Source: Beijerinckiaceae bacterium
Lineage (GTDB): Bacteria > Pseudomonadota > Alphaproteobacteria > Rhizobiales > Beijerinckiaceae
DNA length: 64,000 nucleotides
Assembly: GCA_026461505.1 (NCBI GenBank)
Contig: JAPJMW010000109.1
Span: forward strand, 177-64,176
Reading direction: 5' to 3'
Positions 55,330 through 64,000 of this stretch are shown piece by piece (the first letter of the stretch is position 1; each line of letters begins with the position of its first letter). The translations under genes and the position numbers were made by a program. The notes below the pieces were generated by a model. The model was not told the origin of the DNA. It searched no databases and was given only the letters and a program-made list of their open reading frames with translations.

Positions 55330-56346
55330 ATGCGCGCAGCAGTTATGTATTCCCCCGGTGATATCCGTCTTGAGGATGTTGCCAAACCCTCGGCCGGTGC
55401 TGCTGAAGTGCTTCTGAAAGTGGCGGCTGTTGGCGTTTGTGGTTCCGATATACCCCGCATGTTGACCAAGGGTGCCCACAAGATGCCGCTGATATGCGGC
55501 CATGAATTTTCTGGCGAGATCGTCGAATTGGGTGAAGGCGTAACAGGGCTTGAAAAGGGCGATCTGGTCGGTGTTGCGCCGATGCTTCCGTGCCGCGTCT
55601 GCGACCAATGCGCGACGGGAAATTTCTCCCGCTGCCGAGATTATGATTATTTTGGAAGCCGCCGGAATGGGGCCTTTGCTGAATTCGTGGCGGTCCCTGT
55701 CGGCAATGTGCTGAAGGCGAAGAAAGGTTCCGATCCGCGCGCGGTTGCGATGACCGATCCAGCCTCGATTGCCCTTCATGCGATTTGGAAAGCACCGCCA
55801 ACGGCTGGTCAGCGCGGCGGGGTCATCGGCTGCGGCCCCATCGGTCTGTTCGCCATTCAATGGATGAAGTTGATGGGGTGCACCGAAGTCGTAGCCATTG
55901 ACGTCTCGGAGGAAAAACTCGCTCAAGCCCGTGAAGCAGGCGCGACGCATGCCTTTTTGGTGACCGACGACATACGCACCGATTTGCTCTGTGATGTGAT
56001 CATCGAAGCCGCAGGCCATCCATCCTCGATCAACCGCGCCGTTCGGATGGCAGCTCCGGGTGGTCATGTTGTTTTTATCGGAATTCCGGTTGCCGATGTT
56101 TCGCTCGACAATAAAACATTCCAGCATTTTCTGAGGCAGGAAGTATCGCTCCATGGCGCGTGGAATTCGTTCGGCGCACCCTATCCGGGGAAGCAATGGA
56201 CGGTTACGCTCGATGCTTTGATATCAGGCAAACTTCGTTGGGAATTTATGATCACGCATGAGTTAGGTCTTGATCGTTTGCCTGCAATGTTTGACACCAT
56301 CAAAGCCAAGTCAGAATTCTTTTCTAAAATCATGTTCCGGCCGTAA
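55330..56346 (+). CDS. Zn-dependent MDR polyol(-phosphate) dehydrogenase (GatD/sorbitol-DH-like)
   Basis: ..GVCGSDIPR.., ..GHEFSGE.., ..CRVCDQCATGNFSRC.. and ..GCGPIG.. Confidence 0.85.
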   Translation: MRAAVMYSPGDIRLEDVAKPSAGAAEVLLKVAAVGVCGSDIPRMLTKGAHKMPLICGHEFSGEIVELGEGVTGLEKGDLVGVAPMLPCRVCDQCATGNFSRCRDYDYFGSRRNGAFAEFVAVPVGNVLKAKKGSDPRAVAMTDPASIALHAIWKAPPTAGQRGGVIGCGPIGLFAIQWMKLMGCTEVVAIDVSEEKLAQAREAGATHAFLVTDDIRTDLLCDVIIEAAGHPSSINRAVRMAAPGGHVVFIGIPVADVSLDNKTFQHFLRQEVSLHGAWNSFGAPYPGKQWTVTLDALISGKLRWEFMITHELGLDRLPAMFDTIKAKSEFFSKIMFRP

Positions 56347-56373
56347 CGCTGGTTTATAAAGGGGTATTGTTCA

Positions 56374-57888
56374 ATGGCGCGGCTTTTGGGATTAGATTTT
56401 GGCACGGGCGGTATCCGCATCGGCCTCTATGATCTTGAAAGCCGAACCATGCTCGGAGAGCGCGAGGCCGCTTATCCCACAACCTATCCCCATCAAGGCT
56501 GGGCGGAGCAATCACCTAGCGACTGGTGGAAAGCATTGGGCGACGCAACGCGCGGTTTGATGCGTGATTTGGGGTCGCCGCATATTGACGGAATTTGTGC
56601 GGCTACAACGGCTTCAACCGTCGTTGTTTGCAAACGCGACGGCACGCCCCTGCGCTCTGCTCTGCTTTGGATGGATTGCCGCGCTGCTGCCGAGGCTTCG
56701 CGGACAGAGCAATCAACCCATCCCGTTATGGCATATGCCGGTGGCGGCGATGCGTCCGAATGGCTCGTGCCCAAAGCGATGTGGCTCAAAACCCATGAGC
56801 CCGAGATCTATGCTGACGCCGATGTGATTTGCGAATGTCTGGACTATGTGAATTTCATGCTGACCGGACGGTGGGTTGCCTCGCGGATGAACGCCACCTG
56901 CAAGTGGAATTACGATTCGGTTGCGCAATGCTTCCATGACGATCTGTTTGCGGAATTTAGGGTTGCCGATCTGGGACAAAAATTGCCCGTGGATGTTCGG
57001 CCCGTCGGCGCATCCGTTGGTCCTATTTCAGATCTGGCGATGGCACATCTTGGCTTGATCAATAAACCTGTCGTCGCGCAAGGTGGCATTGATGCCCATA
57101 TGGGCATGGTCGGAGCAGGCACGCTGGCACCGGGCGATTTACTGTTGATCAGTGGAACGTCATCGGTTCAACTTTTTCATATGCCGGTTGAGAAGCCCGT
57201 CCCCGGTTTCTGGGGCCCGTATCCGCACGCCCTCATCGATGATCATTGGCTTGTTGAGGCAGGACAGGTTTCGACCGGATCCGTTTTGTCATGGTTTTCG
57301 AAACGGATTTTTGAAATTGAGGGTGAAGATTTTGACGCTCTCATCCGGCAGGCTTCGACCATCCCCGTCGGAGGCTCAGGCCTAATGACGCTTGATTACT
57401 TTATGGGTAACCGGACACCTTATCGCGACTCGATGCTACGAGGGGCCGTGGTTGGCCTAACGCTTGGCCATGATCGGGCAGCCCTCTATCATTCAGCGAT
57501 CGAGGGCGTTGCTTTGGGCTCAGCCCATGTGATCAAGCGCATCAAGGAACTGGGAATACCTTGCAATCGCATTGTGAGTGCGGGCGGGCATATCAAAAAT
57601 CCGCTCTGGCTGAAGGCAACGGTCGATGCCATTGGTCAACCGATTGAAATCTCGGAAAATGCCAATCTAACGATTTATGGCACCATTGCCTCAGCGACGG
57701 TTGGTGCGGGTCTAATGAAGGACTTGTCCAGCGCGAGCGTTGCCGTAGCGCCAATGACGCGTACCCTATATCCCGATCTTGCAGCCCATGCGGAATATTC
57801 CAATCTCCTGTTGGATTATCTTCAGCTAACCGATACGCTTGCCCCCCTATCGCGTCGCCTGGCGGCACGCCAGTTGGAGGCGAAGTAA
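56374..57888 (+). CDS. FGGY-family carbohydrate kinase (paralogue 4, ribulokinase-like)
   Basis: ..LGLDFGTGGIRIGL.., ..DYFMGNRTPY.. and ..SAGGHIKNPLW.. Confidence 0.85.
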   Translation: MARLLGLDFGTGGIRIGLYDLESRTMLGEREAAYPTTYPHQGWAEQSPSDWWKALGDATRGLMRDLGSPHIDGICAATTASTVVVCKRDGTPLRSALLWMDCRAAAEASRTEQSTHPVMAYAGGGDASEWLVPKAMWLKTHEPEIYADADVICECLDYVNFMLTGRWVASRMNATCKWNYDSVAQCFHDDLFAEFRVADLGQKLPVDVRPVGASVGPISDLAMAHLGLINKPVVAQGGIDAHMGMVGAGTLAPGDLLLISGTSSVQLFHMPVEKPVPGFWGPYPHALIDDHWLVEAGQVSTGSVLSWFSKRIFEIEGEDFDALIRQASTIPVGGSGLMTLDYFMGNRTPYRDSMLRGAVVGLTLGHDRAALYHSAIEGVALGSAHVIKRIKELGIPCNRIVSAGGHIKNPLWLKATVDAIGQPIEISENANLTIYGTIASATVGAGLMKDLSSASVAVAPMTRTLYPDLAAHAEYSNLLLDYLQLTDTLAPLSRRLAARQLEAK

Positions 57889-57889
57889 C

Positions 57890-58891
57890 ATGTCGGTTCA
57901 TATGATCGATCGTGACGTTCAGTTTCGAAATCTGTCGTCCGAGCAGCGCGAACAGCTGATGATACAGGTGGCCAAGCGCTACTATGAACTCGATATGACA
58001 ATGGGTGATCTTTCCAAGGAATTGGGGCTTACGCGTTGGCAGGCCAGCCGCCTCCTGACGGAAGCGCGCCAGACCGGCATTGTTAGGATCGATATTTTTC
58101 CTTTGTCGCCGCGGCGACCTGATCTCGAAAGCCGCCTGCAAAAACAATACAGGCTGAAGGAAGCAATCGTCGTTCCTGGCATGGATGATGCCGAAAACAG
58201 CACATTCCTGTTGGATAGTGTGGCACGAGCGGCTGCAAGATTTATTGCCAGCCTCGGCAAGCTCAGTGTTTTAGGGGTTTCATGGGGCCGAACCATGAGT
58301 GCGGTAGCACGCCATTTACCGCCCTTCTGGAACGAAGGGATTGAGGTTGTGTCGCTCAATGGCGCAACCAATGTGCGCTCAACCTCGCAAGTCTCCAACA
58401 ATGTTGCCGAGCGATTTGCCCAAACGGCGAATGGCATAGCTACTCTTTTGCCTGTTCCTGCTATTTTGGGCCAAGAAGCAACGCGCATTGCGCTTGAACA
58501 AGATCCTACGATTGCAAAAATTCTTGAGATGGGCCGAAAGGCCCCTGTCATCTGTTTTGGCCTCGGTGCGCTTAATCCAGACTCGGTGTTGGTTCAATCG
58601 GGATTTATCTCTGAAAACGACGTTGCGGCTCTGCGTGGAAAAGGTGCCGTGGGCGATGTCTTAAGCCGCTTTATTGACGCTCGCGGTTCGATTGTCGACG
58701 CAATATTCGAGGCACGGTCCATCGGCCTTAATTTAGCCGAATGCGGCAAGCGAGATCTTTCGATTGGCGTATCCGCAGGTCGCAACAAACATGCGGTAAC
58801 GCTCGCCAGCCTTCGTGCCGGCTATGTCAATGTGCTCGTAACAGACGAGCAAACAGCCCTTTTTCTATTATCAAGCGAAGCATCAAAATGA
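57890..58891 (+). CDS. SorC/DeoR-type sugar-binding transcriptional regulator (second copy)
   Basis: ..VAKRYYELDMTMGDLSKELGLTRWQASRLL.. plus a sugar-binding domain. The ATG lies 1 nt after the kinase stop. Confidence 0.8.
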   Translation: MSVHMIDRDVQFRNLSSEQREQLMIQVAKRYYELDMTMGDLSKELGLTRWQASRLLTEARQTGIVRIDIFPLSPRRPDLESRLQKQYRLKEAIVVPGMDDAENSTFLLDSVARAAARFIASLGKLSVLGVSWGRTMSAVARHLPPFWNEGIEVVSLNGATNVRSTSQVSNNVAERFAQTANGIATLLPVPAILGQEATRIALEQDPTIAKILEMGRKAPVICFGLGALNPDSVLVQSGFISENDVAALRGKGAVGDVLSRFIDARGSIVDAIFEARSIGLNLAECGKRDLSIGVSAGRNKHAVTLASLRAGYVNVLVTDEQTALFLLSSEASK

Positions 58892-59931
58892 AAACATCTC
58901 CTAAAAAATCGGCCTCCTCGTCAAAGCCCGCGGTCGACGACGCGCCGAGCAAAATTTCGCTGCCAGCCTTGACCCACGCCCATCATACCCGCAATGCCGG
59001 CACCGCTTTGCAGCTCGACTGGTTTGAAACCGTTCAGGTCAATTTGTCGGCAACGGAGCGGCGTACCGCTACGCTAGGTGGCCGCCGGACGGTGAAGAAG
59101 ACCTATCAGGCGGCTTGGCTTGTCAAAGCACTGCAATGCATCGATCTAACAACCTTAGCCGGTGACGACACACCCGGACGCGTGCATCGCTTGGCTGCTA
59201 AAGCGCGTCGTCCGATACGGGCCGATATTGTTGAAGCGCTCGGGCTTTCTGATGCGCCTCCAACGGTTGGTGCCGTCTGCGTTTATCCGACCATGGTGGG
59301 GCCTGCGGTAAAAGCGCTGGAAGGCTCCGGCATTCCGGTGGCCTCCGTTGCCACCGGCTTTCCAACCGGCCTGACACCGCTCGATCAGCGCTTGGCCGAG
59401 ATCCGTTATGCGGTCGATATGGGCGCGGGCGAGATCGATATTGTAATCAACCGGTCGCAGGTACTCCGGCAGGAATGGACGGCGCTCTACGATGAAATTT
59501 GTGCCATGCGCGAAGCATGTGGTCCGGCGCATCTTAAAGCCATTCTTGGAACCGGCGATCTTCGGACGCTACGCAGCGTCTACAAAGCCAGCATGGTCGC
59601 GATGATGGCAGGTTCGGATTTCATCAAGACCTCGACCGGCAAAGAAGACGTCAACGCAACGTTGCCCGTGAGCCTCACCATGCTACGCGCTTTGCGCGAT
59701 TATGGCGATCTGACAGGCGAAAAAGTTGGCTTTAAGCCAGCCGGTGGCCTTAAGACCGCCAAAGACGCCATGAATTGGCTCATCCTGATGAAGGAAGAAC
59801 TCGGCCGCGAATGGCTGGAGCCCAATCTCTTCCGTATCGGCGCCAGCTCTATGCTCGCCGATATCGAGCGCCAACTCGAACATTTCGTGACCGGCCGTTA
59901 CGCGTCGGCTTCCCACCACGCACTCGCCTGA
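58888..59931 (+). CDS. deoC: Deoxyribose-phosphate aldolase, long form with about a 90-aa N-terminal extension
   Basis: ..IDLTTL.., ..VCVYP.., ..EIDIVI.. and Schiff-base lysine ..FIKTSTGK.. ATGA overlap with the regulator stop. Confidence 0.85.
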   Translation: MKTSPKKSASSSKPAVDDAPSKISLPALTHAHHTRNAGTALQLDWFETVQVNLSATERRTATLGGRRTVKKTYQAAWLVKALQCIDLTTLAGDDTPGRVHRLAAKARRPIRADIVEALGLSDAPPTVGAVCVYPTMVGPAVKALEGSGIPVASVATGFPTGLTPLDQRLAEIRYAVDMGAGEIDIVINRSQVLRQEWTALYDEICAMREACGPAHLKAILGTGDLRTLRSVYKASMVAMMAGSDFIKTSTGKEDVNATLPVSLTMLRALRDYGDLTGEKVGFKPAGGLKTAKDAMNWLILMKEELGREWLEPNLFRIGASSMLADIERQLEHFVTGRYASASHHALA

Positions 59932-59943
59932 GGATTAACCACC

Positions 59944-62340
59944 GTGCCCACCGTTAAAGAGATTTTGAACACCATGGATTATGGCCCCGCGCCTGAAGCC
60001 GATAGCCCAGTTCGCGAATGGCTTGATCATCACCGTGACGGCTTCCGTCACTATATCGGCGGCGACTTTGTTGCCTCCTCTGGTGGCGGCACGTTCAGCG
60101 TCGCCAATCCGGCGCGCGGGGAGATCCACGCCACCGTTGCCGAAGGCACGGCAAAGGATGTCGATGAAGCGGTTAAAGCCGCAGCCGCAGCCTTTCCGGC
60201 ATGGTCCGCCCTACCGGGCCATGTCCGCGCGCGCTATCTCTACGCCATCGCCCGCCATGTGCAAAAGCGCGAGCGCTTTCTCTCGGTGCTTGAAACGCTC
60301 GACAATGGCAAACCTATCCGCGAGTCGCGTGACATCGACATTCCGCTCGTCGCCCGCCATTTCTATTACCATGCCGGATGGGCGGAGCTGATCGAAACCG
60401 ATATCCCCGATCACAGCCCGATCGGGGTTTGCGGTCAGATCATTCCGTGGAATTTTCCGCTTCTGATGCTCGCTTGGAAAATCGCTCCCGCACTGGCTGC
60501 GGGTAATACGGTCGTGCTGAAGCCTGCTGAATTTACCCCACTTACCGCGCTGGCCTTCGCCGAGATTTGCAGCGAGATTGGCCTGCCACCGGGCGTCGTC
60601 AATATTGTAACAGGTGACGGCGCAACGGGTGCCGCGATTGTCGCCCATCCCAGCGTCAAGAAAATCGCCTTTACCGGCTCGACGGATGTGGGGCGAATCA
60701 TCCGAAAAGCCACCGCTGGCAGCGGTAAAAAGCTCTCGCTCGAACTCGGCGGTAAATCCCCCTTCATCGTGTTTGAAGACGCCGATATGGATGGCGCGGT
60801 TGAAGGCGTTGTTGACGCAATCTGGTTCAATCAGGGCCAGGTCTGCTGTGCGGGTTCTCGTCTGGTGATTCAAGAAGGCATCAGCACGCGCTTCCTCGAA
60901 AAGCTCCGTCGTCGCATGGCCACCATGCGCGTTGGCGATCCGCTCGATAAATCCATTGATATGGGCGCAATTGTCGATCCCATCCAGCTTGCCCGAATTG
61001 AAGACCTCGTCCAACAGGGCGTGGCGGAAGGCGGCACACTTTGGCAATCTGATTGCGAGCTGCCCTCAACCGGCAGCTTCTATCCGCCCTCACTCTTTGT
61101 GAATGCCGAGCCTGCGTCCACGGTGGCGGACGTCGAAATTTTCGGACCCGTTGCCGTTGCCATGACCTTCCGCACGCCGGAGGAAGCCGTGCAGCTCGCC
61201 AACCATACGCGATACGGTTTAGCTGCATCGGTGTGGACGGAGAATATCGATCTGGCGCTCGATACCGCCTCGCAAATCAAAGCGGGCGTGCTGTGGATCA
61301 ATTCGACCAATCTGTTTGACGCGGCCGCAGGCTTTGGCGGCTATCGCGAAAGCGGCTTTGGCCGCGAAGGTGGCCGCGAGGGCCTGTTGGAATATTTGGT
61401 GCCAAACGCGGAAAGGAGCCTTCTACCTGCTCATTCCGCATCAACTCCAAAACTCGATGCAGCCCCTCATCTTGGTAAGTCCGTTTTGAGTGTTCCCGAT
61501 ATTGATCGCACGGCAAAACTCTATATCGGCGGCAAGCAGTCACGGCCCGATGGCGGCTATTCATGGACCGTTACCGCGCCTGACGGAACAGCGCTTGGCG
61601 AAGCCGGTCTCGGCAACCGTAAAGATATCCGCAATGCGGTGGAGGCCGCCGCTAAGGCTAAAGGCTGGAGCGGACAGGCGGGGCATAACCGTGCGCAAGT
61701 GCTCTATTTCATGGCGGAAAATCTCTCGGCCCGTGCGAGCGAATTTACAGATCGTCTCCGCTCCGCAGGCCATTCGAAAGAAGTAGCGACAAGCGAAGTC
61801 GAAACCTCGCTTCGTCGCATGTTTTACTATGCCGCTTGGGCGGATAAATTCGATGGCCGCGTGCACGCCACACGCTCACGCCATTTGACAGTCGCACTGC
61901 ATGAACCCTTCGGCGTAATGGGTCTTGTGTGCCCTGATGAAGCACCATTGCTCGGCATGGTTTCAATGGTGCTGCCCGCCATCGCCATGGGCAACCGCGT
62001 GGTGGTGGTACCTTCCTCGACACAGCCACTATCTGCGACCGATTTCTATCAGATTCTCGACACATCGGATGTGCCGGGCGGGGTCGTCAACATCGTCACC
62101 GGCGCTCGCACTGAGGTGTCAAAGACCTTAGCCGATCATGATGACGTCGATGCGCTGTGGTATGCGGCGCCCCGTGCAGAATGGGCGGCTATTGAGGCGG
62201 CATCAACCGGCAATCTCAAGCCGGTCTGGACGTTTGAAGGTGATCGCACCGATTGGTCGTCAAACGCGGCGGCACAAGGCGCGCGCTTCCTGCGTCGGGC
62301 GACACAGATCAAGACCATCTGGGTGCCTTATGGCGAGTGA
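59944..62340 (+). CDS. 798-aa aldehyde dehydrogenase: a complete ALDH domain fused to a C-terminal ALDH-like half-domain
   Basis: Domain 1 has ..IPWNFPLLM.., ..LELGGKSP.. and catalytic ..NQGQVCCAGSR.. Residues from about 530 repeat an ALDH N-terminal/NAD-binding pattern (..EPFGVMGLVCP.., ..GGVVNIVTG..) and end before any catalytic Cys. GTG start. Confidence 0.85.
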   Translation: MPTVKEILNTMDYGPAPEADSPVREWLDHHRDGFRHYIGGDFVASSGGGTFSVANPARGEIHATVAEGTAKDVDEAVKAAAAAFPAWSALPGHVRARYLYAIARHVQKRERFLSVLETLDNGKPIRESRDIDIPLVARHFYYHAGWAELIETDIPDHSPIGVCGQIIPWNFPLLMLAWKIAPALAAGNTVVLKPAEFTPLTALAFAEICSEIGLPPGVVNIVTGDGATGAAIVAHPSVKKIAFTGSTDVGRIIRKATAGSGKKLSLELGGKSPFIVFEDADMDGAVEGVVDAIWFNQGQVCCAGSRLVIQEGISTRFLEKLRRRMATMRVGDPLDKSIDMGAIVDPIQLARIEDLVQQGVAEGGTLWQSDCELPSTGSFYPPSLFVNAEPASTVADVEIFGPVAVAMTFRTPEEAVQLANHTRYGLAASVWTENIDLALDTASQIKAGVLWINSTNLFDAAAGFGGYRESGFGREGGREGLLEYLVPNAERSLLPAHSASTPKLDAAPHLGKSVLSVPDIDRTAKLYIGGKQSRPDGGYSWTVTAPDGTALGEAGLGNRKDIRNAVEAAAKAKGWSGQAGHNRAQVLYFMAENLSARASEFTDRLRSAGHSKEVATSEVETSLRRMFYYAAWADKFDGRVHATRSRHLTVALHEPFGVMGLVCPDEAPLLGMVSMVLPAIAMGNRVVVVPSSTQPLSATDFYQILDTSDVPGGVVNIVTGARTEVSKTLADHDDVDALWYAAPRAEWAAIEAASTGNLKPVWTFEGDRTDWSSNAAAQGARFLRRATQIKTIWVPYGE

Positions 62341-62388
62341 GGCATAGCCAATGCCATTTCTCGCCGCACAAACATCTATTGGTTTAGG

Positions 62389-62412
62389 GAGATGGCGAAG
62401 AGACGCCATCTC
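62389..62412. terminator. 9-bp perfect stem-loop between the convergent ALDH and rpiR-type genes
   Basis: GAGATGGCG (62389-62397), loop AAGAGA, then CGCCATCTC (62404-62412). It overlaps the regulator stop codon. No clear T-run. Confidence 0.4.
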
Positions 62413-63301
62413 AAAGCTGGTCGGTCGTGCGCAGATCTTGCAGACGGGTCTTCATCGTCGTGAAGCGCGAAAGATGATTTTCTCCGCGGCGGAAGGCAAC
62501 GGCGGTCGACAAAATGTCGATGATAACAAGCGCGGCGATGCGAGAAATGGTCGGCGTATAAAGATCCGTATTGTCCAACGTCTCGACAATCAGAACCACG
62601 TCACAGGCCTTGGCCAATGCGGTATTCGACCCCGTAATGCAAATCGTCTTCGCCCCGTTCTCACGAGCGGTACGCGCCGATTGGATGATCGAGCGGGTAT
62701 TGCCCGTATTGGAAATCATCACAGCAACATCGCCGGGTCCCATCATCGACGCAACCATGATTTGTTGATGGGAGTCCGATTGCGCGCCGCAGGGCACGCC
62801 AAACAATGGAAATTTTTGTTGAGCATCGGCGGCAACAATGCCGGAAGCGCCGAAGCCAAAAAATTCAATTCGTTGGGCGGCCTCCAAAATGTCGATGGCG
62901 GCCGCGATGGCGGACCGGTCGAGATGTTGGCGGGCCCAATCCAGGCTCGAAATCGTATAGTCGAAAACCTTATCGACAATGGCCGTGGGCTTATCCGTTT
63001 TCAGCAAAACAGAATGCGTTGCTGGCGTACCAAGAGCAAGGCTGTGGGCAAGCCGAAGCTTGAAATCCTGAAAGCCAAGACACCCTGTGGCGACGCAGAA
63101 CCGAATTACGGTCGGCTGGCTCACTTCCGCCAAATGAGCCGTCTCCGCGACGGTAAGGCCCAACAACCGATGCGGATCAGACAGCACAAGATCAGCCACT
63201 TTGCGATCCGATTTTCGCAAATCGGGCCGGGCTGTTCGGACCACCTCGATAATATTTTCAAGCGCGAGGCGTGGCGGTGTGGGCAATTCTTTCTGGTCCA
63301 A
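62411..63301 (-). CDS. MurR/RpiR-family regulator (HTH plus SIS domain)
   Basis: ..LTVAETAHLAEVSQPTVIRFC.. HTH and an SIS domain with ..FFGFGASG.. and ..VAVMISNTGNT.. The larger antisense ORF (62351-63463) is an Arg-rich shadow. Confidence 0.85.
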   Translation of the reverse strand: MDQKELPTPPRLALENIIEVVRTARPDLRKSDRKVADLVLSDPHRLLGLTVAETAHLAEVSQPTVIRFCVATGCLGFQDFKLRLAHSLALGTPATHSVLLKTDKPTAIVDKVFDYTISSLDWARQHLDRSAIAAAIDILEAAQRIEFFGFGASGIVAADAQQKFPLFGVPCGAQSDSHQQIMVASMMGPGDVAVMISNTGNTRSIIQSARTARENGAKTICITGSNTALAKACDVVLIVETLDNTDLYTPTISRIAALVIIDILSTAVAFRRGENHLSRFTTMKTRLQDLRTTDQL

Positions 63302-63467
63302 GGCAGTTACGTTCCTAAATCACATATAGTCCCAAACACTAGCGCATTCGTTACGCGCACTCCAGCGCAATGCCTTCAGGCAGAATATTCAAGGCCCGAC
63401 GGTTCCATGAACCTTACCGTATTAAATGCCATCATCCCCTCCTTCCGCAGCAAAAGGACATAAAGCC

Positions 63468-64000
63468 ATGTATCTTGAAAAATTCAAACTCACCAATCGG
63501 GTAGCCCTCGTTACCGGCGGCGGGCGCGGTATTGGCCTCGCCTGTGTCGAGGCGCTGTTAGAAGCGGGCGCCAAAGTCATTATTGCCGACAGTGATTTAG
63601 GCGTAGCCGAACAGGGGCAAAAAGAATTGCGCGCCAAGGGCTACGACCCCGATATCGTGTTGATGGATGTCACCAACTCAGCGCGGGTTACGGAAGTTGC
63701 TGACAGTATTGTGGCCAAGCACGGCCATATCGACATTATCGTCAACAATGCAGGTATAGCGCGCTCTGAAACGCCCGCCGAAGAGGTTTCAGACGAGCAT
63801 TGGCTCAATGTCGTTGACGTCAATCTGAATGGATTATTTTGGTGCTGTCGCGCATTTGGCCGTCATATGCTGGCGCAAAAATCCGGCTCGATTGTGAATA
63901 TCGGATCAATGTCCGGCTTCATCGTTAATAAGCCGCAGGAACAGAGCTATTACAACGCATCCAAAGCCGCCGTGCATCACCTGACGCGCTCGCTTGCAGC
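63468..64000 (+). CDS. Short-chain dehydrogenase/reductase, 3' end outside the window
   Basis: ..VALVTGGGRGIGLA.., ..NNAGI.. and ..YNASKAAV.. ATG 63468. The frame is open to the window edge. Confidence 0.85.
   Translation, partial: MYLEKFKLTNRVALVTGGGRGIGLACVEALLEAGAKVIIADSDLGVAEQGQKELRAKGYDPDIVLMDVTNSARVTEVADSIVAKHGHIDIIVNNAGIARSETPAEEVSDEHWLNVVDVNLNGLFWCCRAFGRHMLAQKSGSIVNIGSMSGFIVNKPQEQSYYNASKAAVHHLTRSLA

Noticed and set aside
55273-56196. 307-aa minus-strand ORF overlapping the Zn-dependent dehydrogenase gene
   Set aside because: Antisense shadow. The plus-strand frame carries unmistakable MDR motifs (GHE, Cys4 structural zinc, GxGxxG) and the minus-strand product has none.
60211-61047. 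278-aa minus-strand ORF inside the ALDH gene, plus nested ORFs at 60435-60830 and 60881-61228
   Set aside because: Antisense shadows of a gene with clear ALDH catalytic motifs.
62351-63463. 370-aa plus-strand ORF, the longest frame in this interval
   Set aside because: Arg/Gly/Asn-rich and low in complexity. The opposite strand encodes a clean RpiR-type HTH plus SIS regulator (62411-63301), so this frame is the shadow.
1-64000. Search for an intact defence or conflict system (restriction-modification, CRISPR-Cas, toxin-antitoxin, Abi or retron-like)
   Set aside because: Only a dead HsdM fragment and a lone recombinase were found. No nuclease, helicase or ATPase genes of unknown function, no reverse transcriptase, and no small paired toxin-like ORFs were seen.

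Overview
This 64-kb segment reads like an alphaproteobacterial (Hyphomicrobiales-like) chromosome or chromid region. That placement is inferred from gene content and protein sequence only. No rRNA, tRNA or CRISPR array was seen. 1-16 kb is a phosphorus-scavenging block. It holds a secreted metallophosphoesterase and a complete C-P lyase phosphonate locus (phnCDEE, phnF, phnGHIJKLM, a DUF1045 gene, an inverted phnN and a hexapeptide acyltransferase). Clear PhoB-type Pho boxes sit upstream of two of its promoters. A CorA/ZntB-type transporter gene at the left end carries three in-frame stop codons. 16-64 kb, after an AT-rich ORF-free spacer, is a dense polyol and sugar catabolic region. It contains three ABC importers, one orphan permease, four FGGY kinases, two SorC regulators and one RpiR regulator. 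It also contains many dehydrogenases, an AcoABC-type TPP/lipoyl complex, glpD, a bifunctional aldolase/SDR, gldA, a long deoC and a 798-aa double ALDH. A 1.7-kb decayed mobile remnant at 42.9-44.6 kb holds an intact small serine recombinase, a type I methylase (HsdM) fragment and local repeats. I found no intact defence system, toxin-antitoxin pair or clearly new machine. The best candidates for undescribed biology are two uncharacterised catabolic modules. One is an FGGY kinase + G1PDH-like + HAD + GpsA-like module at 21.5-31.9 kb. The other is a cupin-PGI + Eda + shikimate-DH-like + 2-HADH + MBL operon at 44.6-48.6 kb. The recombinase remnant and the triple-nonsense transporter gene also deserve a look. 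All family calls come from motif recognition by eye and no searches were run.
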